From Laspinema olomoucense D3a (GTDB lineage Bacteria > Cyanobacteriota > Cyanobacteriia > Cyanobacteriales > Laspinemataceae), in the NCBI RefSeq assembly GCF_025370815.1, contig NZ_JAMXFB010000041.1: 62,893 bases of DNA; one strand, given 5' to 3'. A program made the translations under genes and the position numbers. Shown in pieces: positions 27,389-37,754 of this stretch. Positions within the stretch are counted from its first letter, which is position 1. Each line of letters starts with the position of its first letter. The notes beneath the pieces are model-generated. The model saw nothing but the letters and a program-made list of their open reading frames with translations. It did not search any database and was not told the DNA's origin.

Positions 27389-28500
27389 AGTTCATCTAAA
27401 CTATACTCTTCCAACCATTTCTCTAAATCTAAAGAATCCGCCCAAGTCATGGTTGTGAAACCCTCTTCATCTGCATCGCATACCAGCACTTCGTCTGGTT
27501 GCAAAAATCGGATCAGGCGATCAGAATGGGTGGCAACAATCAGTTGAGTTCGTTTCGATGCTTCTCGCATCACATCCACCAGCAATCGCAACAATTCCGG
27601 ATGCAAGCTGACTTCCGGTTCATCGATAAGCGTTACAGCAGTTAAATTCGGACTTTGCAGTAGGGTGACTAACCACAAAAACCGCACCGTCCCCTCGGAA
27701 AGTTGATGCATATAAAGGGGATGCGAAAAATTTTTCTCCTTCCAAGTCAATGCCAATGTGCCTGCTGCTACTGGGGGAAAACTCAAGCGTTCAAAACTAG
27801 GAAAGGCAGCAGACAAAGTATCGCTTATCAGTTCAAATCGATCCGGGTCTGTTTCCCGTAAATTATAAAGGCAGGAAACTAAATCTTCCCCCCGATTTCC
27901 GGGTAAAGTTGCGGGACGCATCGCTTGCGGTAATCGCACGGGACTGGTAGGCGATAAATTCAATTCCCAAGCTCGATAAAAGCTACAGGAGGCTAATTGC
28001 TTCCGCACCGCTTCCGCTTCTTGGTACATTTTAGGAACTTGTGAAAGGGAGGTTTCTAACGGATTATGTTCCCAATTTGGACGGACCGGAACCTGATTGT
28101 TATTAGCAAAATATTGAACATTTAAACCGCTGGAATTTATGTAAGTAAACACCAAAGGCGATCTAGTAAGAGATTCCTGCTCTATTTCATAAAATTGTTG
28201 GCCTTTAATGTCTAATTTTAAAAAATAGTTAAACTGTCCATATTTTTCTAAAAAAACTGATGGAACCACGCGAAAACTATCAGCCTGATCTCGCGTCAAT
28301 ATATCACCCAGCCCCCCAAATTCAGAAATTTTTGACTGTAACTGACCTTTTGCAGATTCTGATAAAAGGGAGAACATTTCCAAAAAAGATGTCTTCCCCA
28401 CTCCGTTGGCCCCGATGATGACCGTTAAAGGTCTCATCTCGACTTGGACTGAGCGTAAGCGACGGAAACCGTAAATCTCTATTTTTTCAAAACCATTCAT
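27355..28500 (-). CDS. AAA/ABC-type ATPase (AAA_15/AAA_21-like, OLD/RloA-like N-terminal ATPase)
   Basis: N-terminal EIYGFRRL...TVIIGANGVGKTSFLE Walker A. Late Walker B/D-loop LIDEPEVSLHPEL. ATHSDRLI H-loop. 381 aa. Confidence 0.65.
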   Translation of the reverse strand: MNGFEKIEIYGFRRLRSVQVEMRPLTVIIGANGVGKTSFLEMFSLLSESAKGQLQSKISEFGGLGDILTRDQADSFRVVPSVFLEKYGQFNYFLKLDIKGQQFYEIEQESLTRSPLVFTYINSSGLNVQYFANNNQVPVRPNWEHNPLETSLSQVPKMYQEAEAVRKQLASCSFYRAWELNLSPTSPVRLPQAMRPATLPGNRGEDLVSCLYNLRETDPDRFELISDTLSAAFPSFERLSFPPVAAGTLALTWKEKNFSHPLYMHQLSEGTVRFLWLVTLLQSPNLTAVTLIDEPEVSLHPELLRLLVDVMREASKRTQLIVATHSDRLIRFLQPDEVLVCDADEEGFTTMTWADSLDLEKWLEEYSLDELWAMNIIGGRS

Positions 28501-28776
28501 AATAGGTTGGTTAGTGGGTCATGTTTAAGATCCCTTTTACATTTGCAAAATCTTACCACATTCATCGGGTTGTTGTAAAATTTTTATGTTTTTGTAAAGA
28601 GTGGCAGGAGGTTGACAAAATTTGGTCCGATTAATTTAGATGGTTAACCCCTTGATTTAGGCCCGATCGCCCCCTTACTATCTCCTCAATTCTCCCATAC
28701 TGAATACCAAATCTCTGTACCTCCCTAGTGAAAATTCACTCTACAATTATAAGAAACCTATAGGACGATCGCAGAA

Positions 28777-30180
28777 ATGTTTCAAGCAACCCGCCGACGG
28801 TTAGCGATTTGGTATGCAGCACTCACCGCAGTGTTGCTGCTGGTGTTTGCGACGGGATTTTATGTGTATGTGCGGAGTACCTTAATCGATCGCATTGATG
28901 ACACCCTCAAGCACGTTGTGGAAGTGGTGGAACGCTCGCTGGCGATCGATGAAAACCCCAACACCGGCCAATATACCGTAAATGTTGTCGCCAGTTTCCG
29001 CAACAATGCCAAAACCGTCGAAGATGACCATATCGATTTAGAATGGTTTAGTCCCACGGGGGAATTATTGTGGTCTACCCTTTGGGAACCCTTAGAAATT
29101 CCCCTGCACCCGAAAAAGAATGGGGAAACGGTACAACTTTCGGGAGGACAACTGCTGAGGCAATTTACCGATCGCGTAGAAATTGGACGGCAAGTGGTAG
29201 GATATTTGCGAGTCAGTCATCCCTGGTTTGAAGTGACCAAACCGATTCGGCAATTAATTATTGATTTAAGTTTGGGAACCTCCCTCATGGCAATTGCCAT
29301 TAGTGCGATCGCCTGGTTACTGTCAGGATTAGCCATGAAACCTGTGCGGGATTCTTACCAGCGTCTCAAACAGTTTACCTCCGATGCCTCCCATGAACTC
29401 AGAAACCCGATCGCCACGATTCAAACAAATGTGCAAGTAGCCCTGGCGGACCCGGAATTAGATTCACCCATCCATCGCCAGCAATTACAGTTAGTCGAAC
29501 GCTTGACGCGCCGTATGGGACGATTGGTGGATGATTTGCTCTTTTTAGCGCGACAAGATAGCGGCATAGTGAAAGTGAGGAAACAACCTGTGCCAATGGA
29601 TGCCTTATTGATGGAAGTGATGGAGGAACAAGAGGCGATCGCCGCCGAAAAAGGCATTGAATTAGTATTAGAAATTATTGATCCGCCCGATAGCGGCAAT
29701 CACGCCCTCTCCCCCCTTATGGATCCAGAAACTGAACCGGGACTGGATTTTACCATCCCCGGAGATTGGGACCAACTGGCGCGACTGTTTACGAATTTAG
29801 TCAGTAATGGATTGCAATACACGGCGAAAGGGGGCCAAATTGCCATCACCTTAGAATGTAGCGGGGTGAGCAATCGCCCGAGTGCCAATAGCGGTGTCCA
29901 AGTTACGGTGAAAGATAGCGGAATCGGCATTCCGGCAGAGTCGGTGCCTCATATTTTTGATCGCTTTTATCGAGTGGACCCGGCGCGGAGTCATGAACCT
30001 CACCAGTCGCCGGAATGGGGTTCTACGGGGTCTGGATTGGGACTGGCGATCGTCCGGGCGATCGTGGAAAATCATCACGGTTGGATTCGGGTAGACAGTC
30101 AGCTTAATCTCGGCACTACCGTTAGCGTTATCCTTCCGCTCTCCAAACCCGACCCAGAAAAACCGCATCCCGAGGCATAA
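28777..30180 (+). CDS. Sensor histidine kinase (two TM helices flanking an extracytoplasmic domain, then HisKA and HATPase_c)
   Basis: H-box FTSDASHELRNPIATI. N-box LVSNGLQYT. G-boxes VKDSGIGIP / GSGLGLAIV. No cognate response regulator adjacent. Confidence 0.8.
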   Translation: MFQATRRRLAIWYAALTAVLLLVFATGFYVYVRSTLIDRIDDTLKHVVEVVERSLAIDENPNTGQYTVNVVASFRNNAKTVEDDHIDLEWFSPTGELLWSTLWEPLEIPLHPKKNGETVQLSGGQLLRQFTDRVEIGRQVVGYLRVSHPWFEVTKPIRQLIIDLSLGTSLMAIAISAIAWLLSGLAMKPVRDSYQRLKQFTSDASHELRNPIATIQTNVQVALADPELDSPIHRQQLQLVERLTRRMGRLVDDLLFLARQDSGIVKVRKQPVPMDALLMEVMEEQEAIAAEKGIELVLEIIDPPDSGNHALSPLMDPETEPGLDFTIPGDWDQLARLFTNLVSNGLQYTAKGGQIAITLECSGVSNRPSANSGVQVTVKDSGIGIPAESVPHIFDRFYRVDPARSHEPHQSPEWGSTGSGLGLAIVRAIVENHHGWIRVDSQLNLGTTVSVILPLSKPDPEKPHPEA

Positions 30181-30245
30181 AACAGCAAAGGACAGAGCGA
30201 ATCTGAAGGATATAATCGCTCTGATTCCCCTGCGATGTTTCTTTG

Positions 30246-30659
30246 CTAAACTTCGATTTGTGACTGCCCCGTGCAGATTGCACAGGAGCATCCCAGTGCA
30301 TCTCGGATCGGGTCACTTCCGGATCCCTGAGCAATTAAAGCCCCCTGATGGCGGATTTCCGGACTCATCCATACCGATGCTAAGTTGCCGGAAACTTGAG
30401 ACAGCAGACTCGGATGTAGGGGAATGGCGATCGCCCCGGATGGAGCAATTTGCGTCACCTGAGCCACAGGTTGGCTCAGATTAGCCATCCCCAAGAAAGG
30501 TTGCGCCGCAGCGAGGATGGAAGTAATCGCTAACGTTAACGCTAAACTGAGGGCCGGAGCAAGTTTAAATCGAATCATAAGTTCTGCTTGTGCAAGTGGA
30601 GTGTCTTGAGTTGGGATGATGTTTAAGCTGGCCATTTGTTCCTTCCACGATAGCATCAA
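30246..30659 (-). CDS. Hypothetical protein (137 aa)
   Basis: ORF only. Hydrophobic Ala/Leu-rich N-terminal half. No motif recognised. Confidence 0.25.
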   Translation of the reverse strand: MMLSWKEQMASLNIIPTQDTPLAQAELMIRFKLAPALSLALTLAITSILAAAQPFLGMANLSQPVAQVTQIAPSGAIAIPLHPSLLSQVSGNLASVWMSPEIRHQGALIAQGSGSDPIRDALGCSCAICTGQSQIEV

Positions 30660-30747
30660 ACCCTCCGGAGTGACTACCCTGTACCTGCCTCTCTATGTGG
30701 CCCGGATCCCCCTTGCCCCGTTGAATATTTAGCCGTTGCCACCCCGG

Positions 30748-31407
30748 TTATCTTGGACGATAAGATCCAGGAATTTTTTTGGCCAACCCTTGGGCAAATT
30801 CTTTCTCGAACTCAAAGGCTTCTACTTCTAATTTATTATTTCTGTAGATTTCTCCGGCTTTTTTATATTCTTTAAAATAGTGATAGCCAAAATTTCCTAA
30901 GCTGCCGAGTTGTTCGTGCTGCTGGCAGTGGATTAGTTCGTGGGAGAGCAGGACCAGTTGCTCGAAGTCCTGTTCTTTCATCTCCTTTTTAATATAAATG
31001 GTGTTTCCATAAACTTGAGCGTTGGATTCACCCACATTAATTTTGAAACTTGCCGCTACCCAATCTTCCATTAAAGTAGCATTATAAACCACTTTCACCC
31101 GATCCACTAAATCGCCAAAATGGGGGCGTAAATATTGTTTTTGAGTCTCAGTTAAAGCTTGCGGTTCAGCATTATTGGAACTCATCACTTCTGCGGCTGC
31201 TTGATAAGCCACCGCTCCAAATTGACCCCAAGCTTCTTCAGGCATTTCTTTAGGAACTTGTCCCCGGCAAATCTGGCCTCCGAGGGTTTGGGCATCTGGG
31301 CAAGTGTGGCTTTCTGGATTAATCATGGGATTACTGAAGGCTCCGAAACCCACGGTTACGAATCCCAGACAAGCACCAATTAAGTTGACTTTACGGGAGG
31401 TGAGCAT
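30748..31407 (-). CDS. Secreted HExxH-motif protein, DUF4157-like putative zinc metallopeptidase
   Basis: Signal peptide (MLTSRKVNLIGACLGFVTVGFGAFS). SHELIHCQQHEQLG matches the DUF4157 core motif (aHElxHvxQq). Confidence 0.5.
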   Translation of the reverse strand: MLTSRKVNLIGACLGFVTVGFGAFSNPMINPESHTCPDAQTLGGQICRGQVPKEMPEEAWGQFGAVAYQAAAEVMSSNNAEPQALTETQKQYLRPHFGDLVDRVKVVYNATLMEDWVAASFKINVGESNAQVYGNTIYIKKEMKEQDFEQLVLLSHELIHCQQHEQLGSLGNFGYHYFKEYKKAGEIYRNNKLEVEAFEFEKEFAQGLAKKIPGSYRPR

Positions 31408-32698
31408 AACCTGAATACTGAACTTCTCTAGGGTTATTCTTGGCGGACTTTGACGCTCCCGGCACTCTGGTTCTTATCACGGTTAACCCCCTCTAAAATT
31501 TGCCAGATTAAAAGCGCCGGTCTTGAATATTTAAGCCGAGATCGCTGGGGTAAAAGTTCCCTAAATAGGGGGGAATAGTCTAGGATGCGTGGGGAGCGAT
31601 CGCCCTTGGAAATAGTTTACCCGGTTTTTCATTGAAAATTGATCCGTTTTTTGGCTGGGTTCCCCCAGGTTTCCCAAATGAAATTCCAGATATCTCACCG
31701 AGGATCAAGTCCTACCACTTCCCAGTTCGATGCAGTTGCCGGGAAATTTTCTCGGCTCTTGCCCAAGAATTGACTCGGTTTGGACGCTTCAATTCCTCGG
31801 AGGGCAGCGGATCCCTTAAAGGGTGGGGTTTGAATCTCACCCACCGGAAGGAATGCCTCTGGGCTTCTATTTTTTGGGCTTTCAGAGCTTGCTCTCTTCG
31901 GCTGTTATAACATCCTCAGGGGGTTGACATTGTTGATCGATTTACCCCGTAGAGATATCCCATCCCACTGCTCCAAAAAAGTAATTTTGGCTACAATTGA
32001 CCGTTAATTCCATCGGGCGATCGCTTTTACTGTCCCCTCTTTTAACTATATTTCTAGGCAAATTTACCCTATTTAGATTACCCGACATTCTCTGCATTCT
32101 AACCCTCGCCCGAGGCAATCAAGGGTGAACGGTAATCGGTTCATGGAATCCCTGTAGGCTTATAAGTTACCTCCCCTGCTTTCCTCCCCAGAGAATCTCG
32201 TCTAAGAAAGCTGCCTTTACCGGCCGGTTAAGGCTCAAATTTGAACAACTTTGGACCTCATCCAACCCGGTTGATAGGGATTGGCTACAGGTCTACAATC
32301 GAGGTCATAACTCAGTAGGTTGCAATCAACCTTCAATGCAGGCGCTGTCCCCTAAAGTTAATATTTCATGTCTAATCCCTGGCTCTCGGTTTTGGGGGTT
32401 CAAGTCAATTCAAAAATGTTCACAGCCGATTATTTTAACAGTCAACCGAGCAAATTCCTACCCCAAAGATTGCCCTGACTCAGGCATTTTTGAGTCAGGG
32501 CCGGGGTCCTTGCGCTGGCTTGGGACTGGAGAGAAACCCAGCAGCGCCTTTAACTAACACCCAATAACGACTCCCATCGTTATACCAACCTGAAAAAACG
32601 ACTCAAGTCATACTCCTCAACTGAAACTTGTACAGATTCCGGGGTTCTTGCTCCGAAATCGGAGCATTCTTGATCTCTCCCATAAGTTCCTGCTGGGG

Positions 32699-33766
32699 TT
32701 AACGACACCGCGCTGTTTTGCCATCGGGTAAAATAGCGTCACAAATTGTCCCTTGGGTAAAATCTACATTCTCAATCCCAATCTGAGTGAGATCCGCCCC
32801 TCGCAGATTAGTGCCCGTGAGTTCGACATTGCGGAAGGTGGCACCCGTGAGGATTGCCCCCTCTAGGTCCGCACCCGAGAGAATCGTCCCCTCTAAGCTG
32901 GCTCCCTGAAGCTGGACATTTCTGAGCTGGGTATTAATCAAAATCGCTTCATTGAGAATAACCCCATGCATATCCGCATCTAATAAATCAGCACCGGAGA
33001 GGTCCGCCTGGGTTAACAAGGCCCCTCGTAAGTTACTGGTGCTGAGGTTAGCATTTCTGAGACTGGCGCCTTGCATCTGTGCCCCTTGCAGGAACGCTTG
33101 CCGCGCACTGGCTCCACTGAGATTGGCACTATTGAGGATGGCCCCACTGAGGTTGGCATTGTTGAGGGTCACCCCGAAGAGTTCGGCACCTGTGAGATTG
33201 CTCCCCTGGAGTTGAGCACCATTGAGGTTCGCTTGCTCAATGTAGATGCGGCTGAGATCTGTCCCGCTTAAATTGGCTTCGGACAAGTCTGCATTCGCTA
33301 GGTTAATTAAAAATAAAACTGCACCCACGAGCTGACTCTGAGATAAATTCGCCTCAGTGAGGTTGACTCCGGTTAGATTGGCCCCTCGAAGATTGACTTT
33401 GTGTAAGTTGGCCCCCGTGAGGTTGGCCCCAGTCAGATTGGCCCCTCTCAAATCGGACCCTTGGAAATTGGCATTCGTTAGGTTAGAACCGCTCAGATCG
33501 GCACCGGTGAGGTCGGTATTACTCAGGTTGGCATCGGTCAGAATACAGGCTTGGCACTGATTGGTTTGCATCAAGCGCATCACCCCGGCAGAATCTTGCG
33601 ATCGCCCCGGAATAGCTAGACAAACCGCAGCTAACACAATGATAAAAACTCCCATCCATCGGTAAATTTGCCCTATTCGTAAACTCAATTTGTTGTTTTT
33701 GATGATTCGTGGATTTGCCATTCGTGGGGCCACCTCTGGAGTCCCGTAGAAAATCTTAATGCTCAC
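32699..33766 (-). CDS. Pentapeptide-repeat protein with N-terminal membrane anchor
   Basis: About 250 aa of A(D/N)LSG/ANLTG pentapeptide repeats. N-terminal TM helix. Confidence 0.85.
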   Translation of the reverse strand: MSIKIFYGTPEVAPRMANPRIIKNNKLSLRIGQIYRWMGVFIIVLAAVCLAIPGRSQDSAGVMRLMQTNQCQACILTDANLSNTDLTGADLSGSNLTNANFQGSDLRGANLTGANLTGANLHKVNLRGANLTGVNLTEANLSQSQLVGAVLFLINLANADLSEANLSGTDLSRIYIEQANLNGAQLQGSNLTGAELFGVTLNNANLSGAILNSANLSGASARQAFLQGAQMQGASLRNANLSTSNLRGALLTQADLSGADLLDADMHGVILNEAILINTQLRNVQLQGASLEGTILSGADLEGAILTGATFRNVELTGTNLRGADLTQIGIENVDFTQGTICDAILPDGKTARCR

Positions 33767-33904
33767 CAGAGGGTGATTCTAATCGATGTCTGACCCTGTA
33801 GCACCCTATCTGCTCCTAGTCTATCCCCTGGGATGTAAGGGGTCAGTGGGTGAAGATTTTTCCAGTCCCAGGGGAGGGGAAAATCGCTAGAAGTCCCCCT
33901 GATT

Positions 33905-34834
33905 TTATCGATCGCCGGGTTTAAGTCGAAAAATATAGACGAATTTTCGGCGATCTGCCGGGATAATTTTCTTTAAAATTCCCTCGACTTCGGCTTTGGT
34001 CCCACCGCTGGCGATCGGCATTTCTTCAAACAGGGCAATCCAGCCCTTTTTTATCCCTATTTCTCGCCAGCGTGCCTGATAAATTTCGGCGTACAACCGC
34101 CCCATTTCTTGGTAATAGATAACTTTTAAATCTACACTTTTTTGGACTAATTCTTGAATCTGAATTTCATAAGTTTTTCGATTCTCTTCACTCTGTAGAT
34201 AAAATTTTAGGAGTTCGCCGTGGCTCAGAGGGCTGAGTTGATGATCGGGCTGAGGTGCTGGGGGTGGTTCCGCTGCTGCAACTTCCGTCAAGGAGGCGAT
34301 AATTCCAAATTTTTCAACGGCATGATGATAGGTTTCACTCAGACTCCCTTTAATGCTTAAACCTAAATAAAAGGGATAGGGTTGTAAGGTTCCATCATAG
34401 ATAATTTTGTTTTTAAAGGGTAAGAGTACCGTTTCCACCATCACCGGCAAAACACTCCCCACCAGTTCGGGAAAGGGACAATCCAGGGCTAACACGCCGT
34501 AGGCTTTACTGGGAGGGCGATCGGCAATTAACACCGCATAATTTTGGTGATAACTATAAATATAAAATCTTCCAGAAATAAAATTGTGCCAACTGGAAAC
34601 AATTTGCAGTAAATCTGGAGCAATTTTCAGGGGGTTTTCTTCGGCAAATAAATCAAAGAGGTAGGGATGAGTATAGAGTTGCTGGCGGAGTTCATTAACC
34701 TGTAACGGCGTCAGTTCTGACATTTCCTCTGAACCACAGCATCCGGCAAAAAGACCAAATTTTTGATTAACATAAATTAAGATGGAATAGTATAGATGGT
34801 AAAATAAATCAATATCTGAATCGGCTAATTGCAT
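33905..34834 (-). CDS. Hypothetical protein (309 aa)
   Basis: Long ORF with good coding appearance. No recognised motifs. Confidence 0.35.
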   Translation of the reverse strand: MQLADSDIDLFYHLYYSILIYVNQKFGLFAGCCGSEEMSELTPLQVNELRQQLYTHPYLFDLFAEENPLKIAPDLLQIVSSWHNFISGRFYIYSYHQNYAVLIADRPPSKAYGVLALDCPFPELVGSVLPVMVETVLLPFKNKIIYDGTLQPYPFYLGLSIKGSLSETYHHAVEKFGIIASLTEVAAAEPPPAPQPDHQLSPLSHGELLKFYLQSEENRKTYEIQIQELVQKSVDLKVIYYQEMGRLYAEIYQARWREIGIKKGWIALFEEMPIASGGTKAEVEGILKKIIPADRRKFVYIFRLKPGDR

Positions 34835-35159
34835 AATAGAACCCCTCGATTTTATCCTGGGTGGCTTCTTTCTTTTACTATAGCCCGCCTATCCGGCTTC
34901 AGAAACTCTCGGTTGAGAATTAGGGCCCACAGAAGTAGGAACAACCTGTAATGCTAGATTTCCCCTCAACACCGCATCTCTACCTCTCGTCTTCCCCCCA
35001 GACGCGGGAGATAGCGGGTCTAAATCCTTCTGACCCTAAAATTAATCCGGTGGCGCATTTTGCTCCCTACTACAGCCAGATGCTGCTCCACCGGAGTGGA
35101 ATTGGAGAATTCCTACAAGACGGGCGATAGACAGCCTCGCAGAAAATTTTTTCCCTCTC

Positions 35160-35188
35160 TTGACAAGGGTGTAACATAGATGTATTAT
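35160..35188 (+). promoter_or_regulatory. Near-consensus sigma70-type promoter: TTGACA - 17 nt - TATTAT
   Basis: Read directly: ttgaca (35160-35165), 17-nt spacer, tattat (35183-35188). Lies in an 860-bp intergenic region ~500 bp upstream of the AAA ATPase gene. Confidence 0.4.
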
Positions 35189-35693
35189 GCGAGTAGCAAA
35201 AGCGTAACTTTTTAAATTGCCATAAATTTGAAATGGGGGCGATCGCCTTCCTTGTACAAGTCTACGCCGACGGTGTTTGCTCCGGACATCAGTCCCCATC
35301 GAAAGCTACGCGATCGCCATGCTGCCAATGGAGAACTCGGACCAAAGGAATCTATCAGAATTCTCAGGAGGAGACCCAGGGAATGGGAAGAATCACTCAA
35401 ACCGCTCACCCAGGTCATTGACTCAGCGATCGCCCCTATTTTTGTTAACATCCTATTCGTAGGTACTTTATGAAAAAAATCATCTTCATTTCAGAACTTT
35501 GGCCTCACCAACCTGGTACCAATGTAAGGAAATAATTACTTGAATCAACAGAAAATAAGCGTCCCCGGTTATTTATGTGATAAATCCAAATGTTTTCTAA
35601 GGGCCGCTTTCAATAAAGCGTTAATTTTTCCCAGGCATTACAGCCTTAGTACAAACTTTCAGTTCAGTTAGGCCATCAACACTCACTTAAATT

Positions 35694-36920
35694 ATGGCAT
35701 TCGGCAACTTTGACCACGGAAACGAGTTTCGCGATCGCAACCCCACTCAAGATCGGGGATTGCTGGGAGCGGGTTGGCGACCCTTATCCCGGGAATTTGA
35801 TTGGAGTTATTTTTTCCATTTGGCCTCTAAAGACCCCTGGGAATTAGCCCACAAAACCTTAGATTTTAGTAGTGATATTGCCGATGCGTTAGGTCGTCAA
35901 AATTTTACGTGGTGGGCGAATATTTTAAATGTGTTTTCGGAATATACCCGAGGCGATTTCAATGAGTTTTGGGATTACATTACTCCCCCACCGGCGGGAC
36001 CCAATTCTCACAGCACAGATATGATCACGGCAGAAACCCCCGTGGTTCAATTCGTCAGCCGGGAGAGCATCCCCATTGATTACGTCCTCAAACGCCTCCA
36101 AGAGATTACCGTTGGCAAAGTCCTGGACCTCTTAGGTCGTCCTGATTTAATTACCCAATATTACCTAGACCGGCATTTTTATTATCCCATCGAGCGGTTT
36201 ACGACTTGGGAGCGCATTCAAACAATGGGGATGGTTTATGCCTATTGGAAAAAACAGAACATTTGGCTGCAAATCGACCCCCTGGGGCGCATTCAAAATA
36301 CAGGCCGCAACCAATTTCAATATACTCTGATTGCCGAGGATTTGCGATCGCTGATTAACAAAGCCACCTACAATCTAGCAGTCATGCTCAGTGGCTATCA
36401 AAGCCGTGTGGGTCAAGTTCAGAGCGAGTTTCCGATTCGCACCTTTCCTGCTGATATTCAAGGGTTTAGCGATCGCGTCCAAGAGGCCATCTTTACCCAA
36501 CCTCAACTCGCCGTCCTCGTTCATGGCGCACCGGGAACAGGCAAAACAGCTTGGACCCAAGCCGTTGCCAAAGAAATTCTAGTTCCCTTGGGATATGTGA
36601 TTTTTATTCTGGACCATGATGCCGTAGAAAATTTCGTTCCCCCCAGTTATTTAGAAAAAATTTGCATCATTATTAATGAAGCAGATAACCTCGCCCAAGA
36701 CCGGGGAAGCGAAGCGGCCCAACACAGTAATAAAACTGAACATATCCTCAGCTTACTCGATGGCACTTTATATCAAAGTGTCTTAGAACCCGAGGGGATT
36801 AACGCTCAACAAAAGCTGGTGTTTTTAATGACTTGTAACACCACCGAACGATTAGATCCGGCTGTATTACGCAAAGGACGGATTGATTTAATCTATGAAT
36901 TTGTAACTCAATTTGTTTAA
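35694..36920 (+). CDS. Classic-clade AAA+ ATPase with an uncharacterised ~260-aa N-terminal domain
   Basis: Walker A LVHGAPGTGKTAW. Walker B IIINEADNL. Sensor-2-like LRKGRIDLIYEF (resembles the RPGRFD motif of classic AAA proteins). Confidence 0.65.
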   Translation: MAFGNFDHGNEFRDRNPTQDRGLLGAGWRPLSREFDWSYFFHLASKDPWELAHKTLDFSSDIADALGRQNFTWWANILNVFSEYTRGDFNEFWDYITPPPAGPNSHSTDMITAETPVVQFVSRESIPIDYVLKRLQEITVGKVLDLLGRPDLITQYYLDRHFYYPIERFTTWERIQTMGMVYAYWKKQNIWLQIDPLGRIQNTGRNQFQYTLIAEDLRSLINKATYNLAVMLSGYQSRVGQVQSEFPIRTFPADIQGFSDRVQEAIFTQPQLAVLVHGAPGTGKTAWTQAVAKEILVPLGYVIFILDHDAVENFVPPSYLEKICIIINEADNLAQDRGSEAAQHSNKTEHILSLLDGTLYQSVLEPEGINAQQKLVFLMTCNTTERLDPAVLRKGRIDLIYEFVTQFV

Positions 36921-37024
36921 GGAATTTTACGGGAATGATAAAATGAAAAAGTGGGGCGATCGGCCCCACTTCTTCTACATTTTTAGAATAAAAACCAGTT
37001 TCCGGTTACGTCTTATCGAGTTAC

Positions 37025-37498
37025 TTATTCTTTGGGAGAAACCTCGATATCAGGATTCGTGCAAAAATCTATGGCAGTCGCCATGCCTTCTGTCCCATCT
37101 TCACTGCGAGTAAAGACATCATAGAGACACGGGTCTCCATCTTTCCAGTCTTCATCGGCCCACTCAAATTGATCCTTACCCCCCGGTTCGATGGGCTCGA
37201 CTAGGATACTGTCGCCCCATGCGGTCTCGTCAGTATCATCGACATAAAGTTCGGTAATCGGGCTACCTGTATTATTAGTAACCGTAAATTGATATTGAGC
37301 GCTGCTCTCCTCAGTCTCCTCTTGAGCACTGCTCTCCTCAGTCTCCTCAGCTTCCTCAGCGCGGACGACTGTAGTAGTCACCAGAGGTAGGCATAATGCC
37401 AACCCAATGAGCAGAGAACGGAAGGACAGATTAACCATAAAGTTTGAGTTCATTATACACCCTCCTTGAGGGCCTACTGAAAATGTGTTAAATGACAT
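37025..37498 (-). CDS. Small secreted acidic protein with EETEESSAQ repeats
   Basis: Signal peptide (LIGLALCLPLVTTTVVRA). Duplicated acidic motif. No family recognised. Confidence 0.4.
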   Translation of the reverse strand: MSFNTFSVGPQGGCIMNSNFMVNLSFRSLLIGLALCLPLVTTTVVRAEEAEETEESSAQEETEESSAQYQFTVTNNTGSPITELYVDDTDETAWGDSILVEPIEPGGKDQFEWADEDWKDGDPCLYDVFTRSEDGTEGMATAIDFCTNPDIEVSPKE

Positions 37499-37754
37499 TC
37501 TATCATTCCTTTTCCATTTGTCAATCCCCTTTTCTAAAAAACAGTCAGGCTGGAAAGAAAGGATTTGGATCCTGCCCTCAGCTAAAAGCCAAAATCAGAA
37601 ATGCCCCAAAGTGTGCTTCGCAATACTTTTCCACAGAAATATTATTCCAGGAACACCCAGGAGGCTATCGGGGAACTATAATTTCTGTAGAACTTCAATA
37701 ATTTTTTTATCCCTTTCTCAGGTTTTTACTTATTAACGGAATTCAAAAAAATTA

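Noticed and set aside
31780-31860. Possible tRNA/tmRNA-like element (gggtggggtttgaatctcacccacc hairpin resembling a T-arm)
   Set aside because: No acceptor-stem pairing, no D-arm or anticodon-arm geometry, and no GTTCGAATC T-loop consensus could be found around it. Kept only as part of the ORF-poor-region finding.
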